Assembly (NCBI GenBank): GCA_965262615.1
Contig: OZ253545.1
Coordinates: forward strand, 1,120,001-1,184,000
Reading direction: 5' to 3'
Source of the DNA: Alphaproteobacteria bacterium
GTDB taxonomy: Bacteria; Pseudomonadota; Alphaproteobacteria; GM7ARS4; G965262615
DNA: 64,000 nt
Shown here one piece after another: positions 9,695 through 19,978 of the stretch (within the stretch, counting starts at the first letter, position 1; each line of letters starts with the position of its first letter). The position numbers and the translations under genes were made by a program. The notes below the pieces were generated by a model that worked only from the letters and a program-made list of their open reading frames with translations, searched no databases and had not been told where the DNA came from.

Positions 9695-10369
9695 TCATTC
9701 GCGTTTTCCGAATATTGCCGTGCCGATTCGGATGTGGGTTGCGCCGGCGTTGATGGCGTCTTCAAAGTCGTTGCTCATGCCCATGCTGAGCTGCGAGAGA
9801 TGGCACCGTTTTGCCAGCTGTGCCAGCTCATTAAAATAGCGTTTGCCCTGACCGATGGGCGGCAGACACATCAGCCCCACGATTGGCAGGTGTGCGGAGC
9901 GCATGGCATCAATGAGGCGGGGTGCGTCTTGGGGTGCGATTCCCGCTTTTTGCGTCTCTGCTGCCGCATTGACCTGCACAAACAAGGATGGATTTCTGCC
10001 CGTGCCGTCCCGCTCCCGCACGAATGGCTCAATGAGGCTGTGGCGATCAAACGCGTGAATGACATCACACACCCCCATGATTTTTTTCACCTGCCGCCGT
10101 TGCAACGCGCCGATATGATGCAGCACCACATGAGGATGCTCTTGTTTCAGCTCATGCCATTTCCCATGAATCTCATCCATGCGATTCTCCCCAAAATCCC
10201 CATGCCCCACATTGATGGCTTCACGAATAGAATCGCTGGATTGCTGTTTAGACACCGCAATCAAGGTGATTGATTGTCGCCGCTCCCCCGCCACAGCCGC
10301 AACCCGCCGTGTGATGGATTCAATCCGTTCCCTAATGGTTGTGTCATTGCCCATAATGTGTCTTTTCAC
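9695..10369 (-). CDS. yggS: YggS family PLP homeostasis protein
   Basis: LIAVSK, FGENR, HIGALQ, QKAG, GLMCLPP, LSMGMSNDF, IRIGTAIFG. Confidence 0.95.
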   Translation of the reverse strand: MKRHIMGNDTTIRERIESITRRVAAVAGERRQSITLIAVSKQQSSDSIREAINVGHGDFGENRMDEIHGKWHELKQEHPHVVLHHIGALQRRQVKKIMGVCDVIHAFDRHSLIEPFVRERDGTGRNPSLFVQVNAAAETQKAGIAPQDAPRLIDAMRSAHLPIVGLMCLPPIGQGKRYFNELAQLAKRCHLSQLSMGMSNDFEDAINAGATHIRIGTAIFGKRE

Positions 10370-10418
10370 GCCCGCAAATCAATTGCAACAAAATGATGAA
10401 ATGTGGTAGGGTGGAGGC

Positions 10419-11648
10419 ATGAGCGACCAAGAAACAAAAACAGAGCTTCAACAGAATATCTTTTCCGTCACGCAAACAATTCCTAAAGAGTGGCAAAAGC
10501 CTACGGTGATAGGTATTTTGTTGCTCACTTTTTATTATTTTTCAACCACTATTATTAAGGATTGGCTTCGCCTTGTCATTATTTATGATTACGACTACCT
10601 ACAGGATGCTTTAGATGCACTTTTTCATTTTTTTATTGTAGCATCTGTTTTATTTGCACTATGGCTAGTGGTGCAAATTGCCAAGCTATTACTGGAAGAA
10701 ACTCAAGATGAAGCAAAAAAAGCTGCTGAGAAAGGAATACCTGAAGGTCAATACAGTCTTGGTTTGAAGTACTACTTTGGCAATGATGTGCCACAAGATT
10801 ACGAGAAAGCGGTGGAATGGTGGCAAAAAGCTGCCCAACAAGGGATTGTCGAAGCCCAATACAATCTTGGTGTGATGTATGAGCGCGGTATGGGGGTGAC
10901 GCAAAATTATGAAAAAGCGGTGGAATGGTATGAAAAAGCTGCCCAACAAGGGCTTGCCAAAGCCCAATACAATCTTGGTGTGATGTATGAGTTCAGTAAG
11001 GGAGTGGTGCAGAATTATGAAAAAGCGGTGCAATGGTATCAACAAGCTGCCCAACAAGGCGATGCCGATGCCCAATTCAATCTTGGTGGAATGTATGACA
11101 GAGGTTATGGGGTGGTGCAGGATTATGAAAAAGCGGTGGAATGGTATGAAAAAGCTGCCCAACAAGGGCTTGCCAAAGCCCAATACAATCTTGGTGGAAT
11201 GTATAACAGAGGTGATGGGGTGACGCAGGATTACGAAAAAGCGGTGCAATGGTTTCAAAAAGCTGCCGAACAAGGTCTTGCAGAAGCTCAATACAATCTT
11301 GGTGGAATGTATAACAGAGGTAATGGGGTGATGCAGAATTATGAAAAAGCGGTGGAATGGTGGCAAAAAGCTGCCCAACAAGGGATTGTCGAAGCCCAAT
11401 CCAATCTTGGTACGATGTATGATTTGGGTAGAGGAGTAAAGAAGAGTAAAGAAAAAGCTTTGGAATGGTATCAAAAAGCTGCCCAACAAGGTAATGCCCC
11501 AGCCCAATTCAATCTTGGTTTAATGTATGCCAACGCTGATGGGGTGACGCAGGATTTGGAAAAAGCGAAGGAATGGATTAAAAAAGCTGCCGACCAAGGG
11601 CTTGAGGTAGCTATAGATGCTCTCAAGGAATTAGAAAAAAAGAAGTGA
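10419..11648 (+). CDS. Membrane-anchored Sel1-repeat protein (about 8 repeats)
   Basis: Two TM segments followed by Sel1 repeats; TTGCAA-N18-TAGGGT-6 nt-ATG. Confidence 0.9.
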   Translation: MSDQETKTELQQNIFSVTQTIPKEWQKPTVIGILLLTFYYFSTTIIKDWLRLVIIYDYDYLQDALDALFHFFIVASVLFALWLVVQIAKLLLEETQDEAKKAAEKGIPEGQYSLGLKYYFGNDVPQDYEKAVEWWQKAAQQGIVEAQYNLGVMYERGMGVTQNYEKAVEWYEKAAQQGLAKAQYNLGVMYEFSKGVVQNYEKAVQWYQQAAQQGDADAQFNLGGMYDRGYGVVQDYEKAVEWYEKAAQQGLAKAQYNLGGMYNRGDGVTQDYEKAVQWFQKAAEQGLAEAQYNLGGMYNRGNGVMQNYEKAVEWWQKAAQQGIVEAQSNLGTMYDLGRGVKKSKEKALEWYQKAAQQGNAPAQFNLGLMYANADGVTQDLEKAKEWIKKAADQGLEVAIDALKELEKKK

Positions 11649-11716
11649 CACAGCCCTTGTCTTTTCACGAACGCCGTTCAGTTGCAACGCCTCATGAGCT
11701 GTGGTAGGGTGGCAAT

Positions 11717-12460
11717 GTGACAGATATTATCTCATCCCTCAAAGATATATTCCAAGAGTGGCACACGCTTATAGTGTTCCTTGCTGTTGCTTATTTTTTA
11801 CCCAATATTATTAATAAATGGTCAGCTTTTGGGAAAAAAGATACAGACGCAACTAGAAAAATTGCCGAGAACGGAGAGCCCGACGGTCAAGACAATCTTA
11901 TTTTTGTGCCACAGGATGACGAGCAAACGGTGGAGTGGTGTCAAGAAGCTGCCGACCAAGGGATTGCCGAAGCCCAATACAATCTTGGTGAGATGTATCG
12001 CAGAGGTTATGGAGTAACGCAGAATTATGAAAAAATGGTGGAATGGTGGCAAAAAGCTGCCGACCAAGGATTTGCCGAAGCTCAATACAATCTTGGTGTG
12101 GCTTACGAAAATGGGGTTGGTGTAAAAAAGGACTATAAAAAGGCGGTGCAATGGTATCAAAAAGCCGCGATGCAAGGTCATGCCAATACCCAAAACAATC
12201 TTGGTGGGATGTATTCCAACGGTTATGGGGTAACGCAGAATATGGAAAAAGCGGTGGAATGGTGGCAAAAAGCTGCCAAACAAGAAAATGCCTCAGCCCA
12301 ATACAATCTTGGCTTGATGTATGCCAACGGTGATGGTGTGACGCAGGATTATGAAAAAGCGAAGGAATGGTTGCAAAAAGCTGCACTGCAGGGGCATGAT
12401 GATGCAGGGAAAACTATTTTTAAATTAGAGGTATTGGAAGAATTAGCAAAAAAGAAGTGA
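11717..12460 (+). CDS. Membrane-anchored Sel1-repeat protein (about 4 repeats)
   Basis: One TM segment and a truncated first repeat; TTGCAA-N17-TAGGGT-6 nt-GTG. Confidence 0.88.
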   Translation: MTDIISSLKDIFQEWHTLIVFLAVAYFLPNIINKWSAFGKKDTDATRKIAENGEPDGQDNLIFVPQDDEQTVEWCQEAADQGIAEAQYNLGEMYRRGYGVTQNYEKMVEWWQKAADQGFAEAQYNLGVAYENGVGVKKDYKKAVQWYQKAAMQGHANTQNNLGGMYSNGYGVTQNMEKAVEWWQKAAKQENASAQYNLGLMYANGDGVTQDYEKAKEWLQKAALQGHDDAGKTIFKLEVLEELAKKK

Positions 12461-13044
12461 CACGATTCTTGTCTCTCTGGTTCATGACATCGGCTCACCA
12501 CGCCGAGAGTGACAGCGATGCCACAATTATAAGCCTTCTGCCAAGAGGACGCATCGCTTGTGTGGTGCGTTATTATGATGCCGCCGTTCCGCACCGCGCC
12601 GCCATCATCGCCCGCTTGCACACCATCGCGCGCGCCCGCCGAATTCAATTGTTCGTCTCTGTCATGAAGGGTCACCCTCTGCCGCACACCATCAAAACCA
12701 TTCACATCTCATCATGGTATTGTGCGCGCAATCTTGTCTCTTCATGGCGGCACAAACACTATACCGTCAGCACCTCTATTCATTCAGTGGCAGAATGGAC
12801 ACGCGCGCTACAATACAATCCCACCTATTGCCTGATTTCGCCGATTTATGCAACAGGCGACAAAAAGGCTTTGCCGCGTTCCATCCGTTCCGCCATTCTT
12901 GCATCATCACAACCCCACAACTTTCCTCGCCTGTTGGCATTGGGAGGCATCACGAATCGCACACCCATAGACAAGCGGTTCTATGGCAGAGCGATGCGGC
13001 GCGGTTTTACATCCGCCATCAATCCATCTACAATAAAAACATGA
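12457..13044 (+). CDS. Thiamine-phosphate-synthase-like (ThiE/TenI) protein, divergent
   Basis: STSIHS..E, ISPIYAT and LALGGI motifs; position between yggS and leuS. Confidence 0.65.
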   Translation: MTRFLSLWFMTSAHHAESDSDATIISLLPRGRIACVVRYYDAAVPHRAAIIARLHTIARARRIQLFVSVMKGHPLPHTIKTIHISSWYCARNLVSSWRHKHYTVSTSIHSVAEWTRALQYNPTYCLISPIYATGDKKALPRSIRSAILASSQPHNFPRLLALGGITNRTPIDKRFYGRAMRRGFTSAINPSTIKT

Positions 13045-15563
13045 AAAACGATTCCTATCAGCACCAAACTCAGGAACTCTATTGGCAGCAGCAGTGGAAG
13101 CAAAACGGAGTCTTTCGCACCGACCTCACTCGCGCGGGCAGCGTTTATTATGTCTTAGAGATGTTTCCGTATCCGTCTGGGCGGATTCACATGGGGCATG
13201 TGCGCAACTACACGCTGGGTGACATCGTGGCGCGGCTGAAAAAAATGCAAGGACACACGGTGCTGCATCCGATGGGATGGGATGCGTTCGGTCTGCCCGC
13301 CGAAAACGCCGCCCGATTGAAAAACTCCCATCCAAGAGACTGGACTTATGACAACATCAAAACAATGCGCGCTCAACTGCAACGCATGGGGTTTGGCTAC
13401 GATTGGACGCGTGAAATCGCCAGCTGTCACCCCGACTACTACAAGCACGAGCAAAAAATGTTTCTGGACTTTCTCGCAAAAGATTTGCTTTATCGCAAGG
13501 AATCCATCGTCAATTGGGACCCGGTGGAGCAAAGCGTCCTCGCCAATGAACAGGTCATAGACGGCAGAGGATGGCGGTCGGGAGCGGAGGTGCAGCAGAA
13601 AAAACTCACCCAATGGTTCATGCGCATCTCGCGCTATAGTCAAGAACTGCTGGATGACCTGGCACACCTCACCCAATGGTCGCCCAAAGTCATTCACATG
13701 CAGGAAAACTGGATTGGCAAAGGCACAGGGGCTCGGGTGCATTTTCGCCATGATAGCCAGCCCGCCATTGATGTCTTCACCACCCGCCCTGATACATTGT
13801 TTGGCGCGTCCTTTCTCGCCATCGCCGCCGCCCATCCCCTTGCCGAACGCCTCGCACGCGACGATGCCAAACTCGCCCGATTCATCAAGGAGTGCCTGCA
13901 ATCATCCACCAAAGAACAAGACCAAGCCACCACCGACAAAAAAGGCTACGACACAGGGCTGCGCTATCCTCATCCGCTGGTGGAGGGGCAAGACCTGCCT
14001 TTGTATGTCGCCAATTTCATCATCATGGAGTATGGCACGGGGGCGATTTTTGGGTGTCCCGCTCATGATGAGCGCGATCACGAATTTGCCCGCCGCCACC
14101 ACCTGCCCATTCGCCAAGTCATTGAACCGCCTTCAGGCGAACCCCATCACGACTGCTGGACGGGAGACGGAACGCTCATCAATTCGCAATTTCTCAATGG
14201 ACTCACCGTGGAACAAGCAAAGCAAAAAATGATTGACCATCTCACAAGGCACAAACACGGCGCAAGCGAGGTGACCTATCGTTTGCGGGATTGGTGCGTG
14301 TCGCGCCAGCGTTACTGGGGATGCCCCATTCCTGTCGTCTATTGTGATGCCTGCGGCATGATGCCCCTCTCCCCCGCCGACCTCCCCGTGCTGCTGCCCG
14401 AAGATGTGGATTTCAGCCAGCAAGGCAATCCGCTCAGCCGTCACGAAGGGTGGCTGGCGGCGCAATGCCCTCAATGCGGCGGCACGGCGCGGCGAGAATC
14501 CGACACATTGGATACTTTTTTTGAGTCCTCATGGTATTTTGCTCGCTTCGTCTCACCCCGAGCCAGCACCGCCTATGACGCCGATGCCTTCGCCAAAGCC
14601 ATGCCGGTGGATCTCTATGTGGGAGGCATTGAACACGCCGTGCTGCACCTGCTCTATGCTCGTTTTTTCATGCGGGCATTGCGGGATTGCGGCTACCGTG
14701 CCGTCAATGAACCCTTTGCCGCTTTGCTCACCCAAGGGATGGTGTGTCATCAAAGTTATCAGCGAGCGGACGGCTCATGGGTTGAACCCAAAGATGTGCG
14801 CGCGCAAGATGGTGGATGGGTGGATGCTCACGGCATGACGGTCACCCCGCAACGCATTGAGAAAATGAGCAAGTCCAAATCCAATGTGATAGACCCCGAT
14901 GATATTCTGCACACCTACGGCGCGGATGTGGCGCGCCTGTTTATTGTGTCGGATTCGCCGCCGATGCGCGATTTTGAATGGCGCGAGGATGGAGTCAAGG
15001 GCACGGCGCGCTATCTCAAGCGGCTGTGGAAAGTTGTCACGCAATCATCCACTGAGCCGCCAGCCGCCAGCGACACCACACAAGACGAGCTCTTGCAAAA
15101 AAAACAACACCAAACCATTGATGCCGTCACCCAAGCCTACGACCAGCACCATTTCAATCGCGTGGTGGCACTGCTCCACAGCTTCACCAATGACATTGAA
15201 AACACCCCCCATGTCTCGCCATCAATACGCCACAATGCCGCATTAACACTGGTGCAATTGTTTCATCCCATCATTCCCCACATCACCGAAGAAATGCACA
15301 AAAAGCTGGGCGGCAAATCGCTGTTGGCAACATCGGCTTTTCCTATTGCCGATGGAGCATTTTTGACAGATGACACCGTGACCATCGCCGTGCAAATCAA
15401 TGGCAAACTGCGCGGACAAATAAAAATGGTAACGGGCAGTGATGAGGAATCCGTTATTGCCGCCGCCAAACAACTGGACAACGCGGCAAAATACCTGCAA
15501 AAAGGTAAGATTGGTAAGGTTATTTTCGTTCCCAACCGCCTAATCAATTTGATCGTGTCGTGA
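13041..15563 (+). CDS. leuS: Leucine--tRNA ligase
   Basis: MFPYPSGRIHMGH (HIGH), SRQRYWGCPIP and KMSKS motifs; TTTACA-N17-TACAAT-6 nt-ATG 13041. Confidence 0.98.
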   Translation: MKNDSYQHQTQELYWQQQWKQNGVFRTDLTRAGSVYYVLEMFPYPSGRIHMGHVRNYTLGDIVARLKKMQGHTVLHPMGWDAFGLPAENAARLKNSHPRDWTYDNIKTMRAQLQRMGFGYDWTREIASCHPDYYKHEQKMFLDFLAKDLLYRKESIVNWDPVEQSVLANEQVIDGRGWRSGAEVQQKKLTQWFMRISRYSQELLDDLAHLTQWSPKVIHMQENWIGKGTGARVHFRHDSQPAIDVFTTRPDTLFGASFLAIAAAHPLAERLARDDAKLARFIKECLQSSTKEQDQATTDKKGYDTGLRYPHPLVEGQDLPLYVANFIIMEYGTGAIFGCPAHDERDHEFARRHHLPIRQVIEPPSGEPHHDCWTGDGTLINSQFLNGLTVEQAKQKMIDHLTRHKHGASEVTYRLRDWCVSRQRYWGCPIPVVYCDACGMMPLSPADLPVLLPEDVDFSQQGNPLSRHEGWLAAQCPQCGGTARRESDTLDTFFESSWYFARFVSPRASTAYDADAFAKAMPVDLYVGGIEHAVLHLLYARFFMRALRDCGYRAVNEPFAALLTQGMVCHQSYQRADGSWVEPKDVRAQDGGWVDAHGMTVTPQRIEKMSKSKSNVIDPDDILHTYGADVARLFIVSDSPPMRDFEWREDGVKGTARYLKRLWKVVTQSSTEPPAASDTTQDELLQKKQHQTIDAVTQAYDQHHFNRVVALLHSFTNDIENTPHVSPSIRHNAALTLVQLFHPIIPHITEEMHKKLGGKSLLATSAFPIADGAFLTDDTVTIAVQINGKLRGQIKMVTGSDEESVIAAAKQLDNAAKYLQKGKIGKVIFVPNRLINLIVS

Positions 15564-15575
15564 GTGAGGGCTATG

Positions 15576-17132
15576 TCAATTGTGTTGTGTTAGTTTTTTG
15601 AGAATATCTTGAGCTTTGGCATCGCCTTGTTCGGCAGCTTTTTGCAACCAAAGCACCGCTTTTACAAGATTCTTCTTTACCCCCTCACCTCTGCCATACA
15701 TCACACCAAGATTGTATTGGGCTTCAGTATGACCCTGATCGGCAGCTTGTTGCCACCATTCCACCGCTTTTTGCTTATTCTTCGTCCCCCCCTCACCTTT
15801 GCCATACATCACACCAAGAATGTATTGGGCATCGGCATCCCCTTGGTCGGCAGCTTTTTGCAACCATTTTGACGCTTCTTTCTTATTCTCCTTCAATCCC
15901 CCCTCACCGTTGTAATACATCCCACCAAGATTGTGCTGAGCTAGAGCATGACCTTGGTCGGCAGATTTTTGAAGCCATTTTAAGGCTTCTTTCTTATTCT
16001 CCTTCAATCCCCCTTCACCGTTGTAATACATCACGCCAAGATTGGCTTGGGCGTTGGCAAGTCCTTGGTCGGCAGCTTTTTGATACCATTCCACCGCTTT
16101 TTCATAATCCTGCTTCACCCCCTTACCGTTGTAATACTTGATACCAAGATTGTATTGGGCTTCTGCAAGCCCTTGTTGGGCAGCTTTTTCATAACATTTC
16201 ACCGCCTCCTTTGTATCAGTGTCAACGCCTCGCCCAGATTCATACATCCCACCAAGATTGATTTGAGCTAGAGCATAGCCCTGTTTGGCAGCTTTTTGAT
16301 ACCATTCCACCGCTTTTTCATAATCCTGCTTCAGTCCCCCATCACCGTTGGCATACATCACACCAAGATTAGATTGCGCTTCGGCATGACCTTGGTCGGC
16401 AGCTTTTTGATACCATTCCACCGCTTTTTTCTTATCCTGCGTCACACCCCTACCATGCTCATACATCACACCAAGATTGTATTGGGCTGGGATAAGTCCT
16501 TGTTTAGCAGATTTTTTCATCCATTTCAAAGATTCTTCCTTATTTTCCTTCACTCCCTCGCCGTTGTAATACATCACGCCAAGATTGAGTTGGGCTGGAG
16601 CATCCCCTTGGTCGGCAGCTTTATGATACCAAAACACCGCTTTTTCATCATCCTGTGCAACGCCATCCCCCAATTTATAAGCCACACCAAGATTGTATTG
16701 GGCTAGGGCAATACCTTGCTCCGCAGCTTGTTGCCACCATTCCAACGCTTTTTTCTTATCCTGCGTTACCCCTTTAGGACTGTGATACATCACACCAAGA
16801 TTGAATTGGGCTAGGGCATCCCCTTGTTGGGCAGCTTTTTGATACCATTCCGCCATTTGCTCGTCATCCTGTGGCACACCATTGCCAAAGTAATTATAAT
16901 TATAATTATAATTATTGATAATTTGATTATTGATAAAAGTATTGTTTTGACCTTCGGGCTTGCCTTTCTCGGCAGCTTTATCTTTTTTAAACAAAGATTT
17001 AACAATGAGGATGCACCCCAAAACACCCAAAACAAAAATGAGTGACAGAAAAACTACCACTATATCCTTGTAATCCTCTGGAAAAATCTCTTTGAGGAAT
17101 GGGGTCATATCTGCAAGACCTGATAAAGTCAT
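15576..17132 (-). CDS. Membrane-anchored Sel1-repeat protein (about 12 repeats)
   Basis: One TM segment, an Asn/Tyr tract, then Sel1 repeats; TAGGAT 6 nt before the ATG. Confidence 0.9.
   Translation of the reverse strand: MTLSGLADMTPFLKEIFPEDYKDIVVVFLSLIFVLGVLGCILIVKSLFKKDKAAEKGKPEGQNNTFINNQIINNYNYNYNYFGNGVPQDDEQMAEWYQKAAQQGDALAQFNLGVMYHSPKGVTQDKKKALEWWQQAAEQGIALAQYNLGVAYKLGDGVAQDDEKAVFWYHKAADQGDAPAQLNLGVMYYNGEGVKENKEESLKWMKKSAKQGLIPAQYNLGVMYEHGRGVTQDKKKAVEWYQKAADQGHAEAQSNLGVMYANGDGGLKQDYEKAVEWYQKAAKQGYALAQINLGGMYESGRGVDTDTKEAVKCYEKAAQQGLAEAQYNLGIKYYNGKGVKQDYEKAVEWYQKAADQGLANAQANLGVMYYNGEGGLKENKKEALKWLQKSADQGHALAQHNLGGMYYNGEGGLKENKKEASKWLQKAADQGDADAQYILGVMYGKGEGGTKNKQKAVEWWQQAADQGHTEAQYNLGVMYGRGEGVKKNLVKAVLWLQKAAEQGDAKAQDILKKLTQHN
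16891..16914. repeat. (TAATTA)4 microsatellite encoding NYNYNYNY
   Basis: taattataattataattataatta. Confidence 0.9.
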
Positions 17133-17166
17133 CTCCCCATCCTATCACATTCCATCATTTTTTGTG

Positions 17167-18402
17167 CTATGAAATTGAGCGAATCATTTTTTTTCTTTTG
17201 TTGAGAAGATATTCCATTGGTCTGTCACCCTTGATGCGATTGCAATTGCCACACAATAATTGCAGATTTTCCAACTCATTAGACCCGCCAAGGGATTTGG
17301 GGATGATGTGGTCTATTTCAAGATGCTGTGGTTCAAACGAAGTTCCACAGCCATTGCATTTTCCGCCTTGCTTGCCAAACAAGGTTTCTTTATCGGTATT
17401 GGTGATTTTTCTTTTGTGGTCTATATCCGTGCGTTTGGGGATGTCTTCTCGGTAGATGGGTTCTGTGCCTAACAGGTCTTGAACTTCTTTATGAAGACGC
17501 ATTTTGACCAGTTCAAAAGCTTTTTCCGACACATCAATGCCAATCCATTGTCGCCCTAGTTTTTCAGCCGCCACACAAGTTGTCGCGCAGCCGCAAAATG
17601 GATCAAGCACCACATCCCCTTCATTGCTGGAAGCCTCAATGACGCGGGTGAGAAGCTTCAGTGGCTTTTGCGTGGGATAGCCCACATATTCTGTTTTGCT
17701 TCTGGCGGCGATGCGTATAATCCACCAGTTTTCCAGCAATTTGCCGCGCTTTCTTTGTTCCAACACATCTTCTTGGGAAACAGAGCCATCGGCAGACATC
17801 GCACCGACTAATCCCTGCTCTTTTTTTTTGTAAGGAACACGCATGGCGGTGTTGTTAAAAGTCCATTGGTCGGTTTTGGCATACCAGAAAATCGTATCAC
17901 TTTTTCTGTTGAACTGCTTCATGTTGGGTGAGCCGGGGCCATGATAGCACCACACAATCTCATTGATGAGACGATTATTGCCAAAAATGGTATCCATGAG
18001 TAGTTTCAAATAGTGGCTTGCTGTGGGGTCACAATGCAGATAGACACTGCCCGTATCTTTAAGAATACGCTTTATTTCCATCAGCCTCACCGCCATATAG
18101 ATGAGATAATACTTTGCCGAACGGCTGCCGATGCGTCCGACGGCATCAAGATACTCATACAGGTTGGGGTGGCGATCATTGATTTGATTGTGCCACGCAT
18201 CGTCCATTGTGTCGGGCGACCATATGTCGGTAAAAGATGCTCCCTCTGCCGTTGTGCCAATGGGTGCGTGAAATTGTCTGCCTTTATTGAAGGGCGGGTC
18301 AAGATAAATCAAGTCTATGGAATTGCTGTTGATTCCTCGCAAAATGGGAAGATTGTCGTGACAAAAAATCGTGCTTGGTTTGAGAGTGGCTTGATGCAAC
18401 AT
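17167..18402 (-). CDS. Beta-class N6/N4 DNA methyltransferase fused to a C-terminal HNH endonuclease
   Basis: YLDPPF, YLHCD, YPTQKP, DPFCGCATT; C-terminal CNGC...EIDHIIPKSLGGSNELENLQLLCGNCNRIKG. Confidence 0.9.
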   Translation of the reverse strand: MLHQATLKPSTIFCHDNLPILRGINSNSIDLIYLDPPFNKGRQFHAPIGTTAEGASFTDIWSPDTMDDAWHNQINDRHPNLYEYLDAVGRIGSRSAKYYLIYMAVRLMEIKRILKDTGSVYLHCDPTASHYLKLLMDTIFGNNRLINEIVWCYHGPGSPNMKQFNRKSDTIFWYAKTDQWTFNNTAMRVPYKKKEQGLVGAMSADGSVSQEDVLEQRKRGKLLENWWIIRIAARSKTEYVGYPTQKPLKLLTRVIEASSNEGDVVLDPFCGCATTCVAAEKLGRQWIGIDVSEKAFELVKMRLHKEVQDLLGTEPIYREDIPKRTDIDHKRKITNTDKETLFGKQGGKCNGCGTSFEPQHLEIDHIIPKSLGGSNELENLQLLCGNCNRIKGDRPMEYLLNKRKKMIRSIS

Positions 18403-18449
18403 CCCTTTTACTATCCATATTTTTTGCATCAAATGCAAGAGTGATGATG

Positions 18450-19838
18450 TTAATCAAGCAAATACAATGTGGCGAGGCTTAGGAAGGTGAAAAATCCGAT
18501 GACATCGGTGAGGGCGGTGACGCATGGACCCGATGCCACGGCGGGGTCAATGGTGAGGCGATGAAAAAGCCACGGCATGAGTGCGCCCAGCAATCCCGCC
18601 AATGCCAGATTGGCGATCATGGCGACCAGCAGCAATAATCCCAAAGACAGATCCCCGAGCCACAACCAGATGACACCAATGGCAACGCATCCCAACAAAA
18701 CGCCGCCGATGGTATTGACGAAAACCTCGCGGGTGATGGTGCGGATGAGATTGTCGCCTCCCAACTCCTTCATGGCAAGGGCGCGCACGGTGACTGTCAG
18801 GCTTTGGACGGCGGCAATGCCGCTCATGGATGCCACCATGGGCATGAACATGGCAAGGGCGACAATTTGTTCAATGGCATGGGTGAATTGGGCAACCACC
18901 AATGCGGTGGCAAAAGTGGCACACAAATTGAACATGAGCCATCCCACCCGAGAGCGCAGAATTCCCCATTGGCTGGGTGTGCCGCCATCGGTGGCAACGC
19001 CTCCCAAATGCAGAAAGTCTTCTTTTGCCTGATCATCAATGACGCCCACCACATCATCAATGGTGATGATGCCCAGCAGGCGTCCTTCAGAATCCACCAC
19101 CGGATGGGAGGCGATGTTTTGATCGCGAAAGAAAAAGGCAACCTCTTCTTGCGATGTGGTCACTTCAATGGGACGCAAATGATCTCGCATCAGTGATGTC
19201 ACACTTTGATTGCGCTTGCCTCGCACCAGTGTGTCCAGCGTCACCACCCCCAACGGATGTTGACGCACATCCACCACCTGTACATCAAAAAAATTGGCGG
19301 GCAGGGAGTCGTCTTGTTGCAGATGGGAAAGAGTTTGTCCCACCGTCCAATGAGAGGGAATGGCAACGATTTCGCTTTGCATCAAGCGTCCTGCGGTTTT
19401 CTCGGGATAGGATAAGCCCACCTCAAGAAAACGCCGCTTTTGTTTGGAAAGACGATGACCAATATCAGCGCGCATATCCACAGGCAATGATTCCACAACC
19501 GCCGTGACATCATCGGTGGGCAGATGCTCCAATGCTTTGGCAATGCGCGCCACGCCCAGTGAGGAAACCACCCCATGCCATGACGAATCATCCAGTTCGG
19601 TGAGAATATGAGGCAAAACATCATCGCTCATGCGAGAGAGCAGCGTGCGGGCTCGTTCCTGCTCCATTTGTTTGACAATGCGCGCCACCACCGCCCCGCC
19701 CCACGCCGAGCCATGACGATGCAGGGCGGCATCATCATCGTGATTCAAAGCATCCGACATCAATTGATACTGCTGTTCAAATTCCAGCGCGTCAGATTGC
19801 CGTCCATCTCCCTTGACCGAGTGGCGATCATGAGCCAT
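18450..19838 (-). CDS. mgtE: Magnesium transporter MgtE
   Basis: YPEKTAGRLM, a CBS pair (GIITIDDV), IDPAVASGP..TALTDVIG; GGAG before ATG 19838. Confidence 0.95.
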   Translation of the reverse strand: MAHDRHSVKGDGRQSDALEFEQQYQLMSDALNHDDDAALHRHGSAWGGAVVARIVKQMEQERARTLLSRMSDDVLPHILTELDDSSWHGVVSSLGVARIAKALEHLPTDDVTAVVESLPVDMRADIGHRLSKQKRRFLEVGLSYPEKTAGRLMQSEIVAIPSHWTVGQTLSHLQQDDSLPANFFDVQVVDVRQHPLGVVTLDTLVRGKRNQSVTSLMRDHLRPIEVTTSQEEVAFFFRDQNIASHPVVDSEGRLLGIITIDDVVGVIDDQAKEDFLHLGGVATDGGTPSQWGILRSRVGWLMFNLCATFATALVVAQFTHAIEQIVALAMFMPMVASMSGIAAVQSLTVTVRALAMKELGGDNLIRTITREVFVNTIGGVLLGCVAIGVIWLWLGDLSLGLLLLVAMIANLALAGLLGALMPWLFHRLTIDPAVASGPCVTALTDVIGFFTFLSLATLYLLD

Positions 19839-19891
19839 CTTAATTACTCCTATGACATTTGTGCCCGACAATGCTCTGCCCGACAATGCGA

Positions 19892-19978
19892 TGGTGCGGT
19901 CGAGAAGACTCGAACTTCCACGGGATCGCTCCCACAACGCCCTCAACGTTGCGCGTCTACCAGTTCCGCCACGACCGC
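19892..19978 (-). tRNA. tRNA-Leu(GAG)
   Basis: GCGGTCG..TGGTAGA..CAACG-TTGAGGG-CGTTG, long variable arm, GTTCGAGTC, CGACCGC-ACCA. Confidence 0.97.

Noticed and set aside
7242-11507. Long repetitive antisense ORFs opposite Sel1 genes (e.g. 7242-8051, 10689-11507)
   Set aside because: These are shadow frames produced by Sel1 repeat codon usage. They are broken at random in paralogs and have no independent start signals.
12714-13040. 109-aa N-terminal extension of LeuS
   Set aside because: It overlaps the thiE-like gene; promoter geometry and the ATGA overlap support a start at 13041.
15576-19978. Prophage or island integrated at tRNA-Leu
   Set aside because: There is no integrase and no duplicated tRNA 3' end; mgtE follows the tRNA directly.
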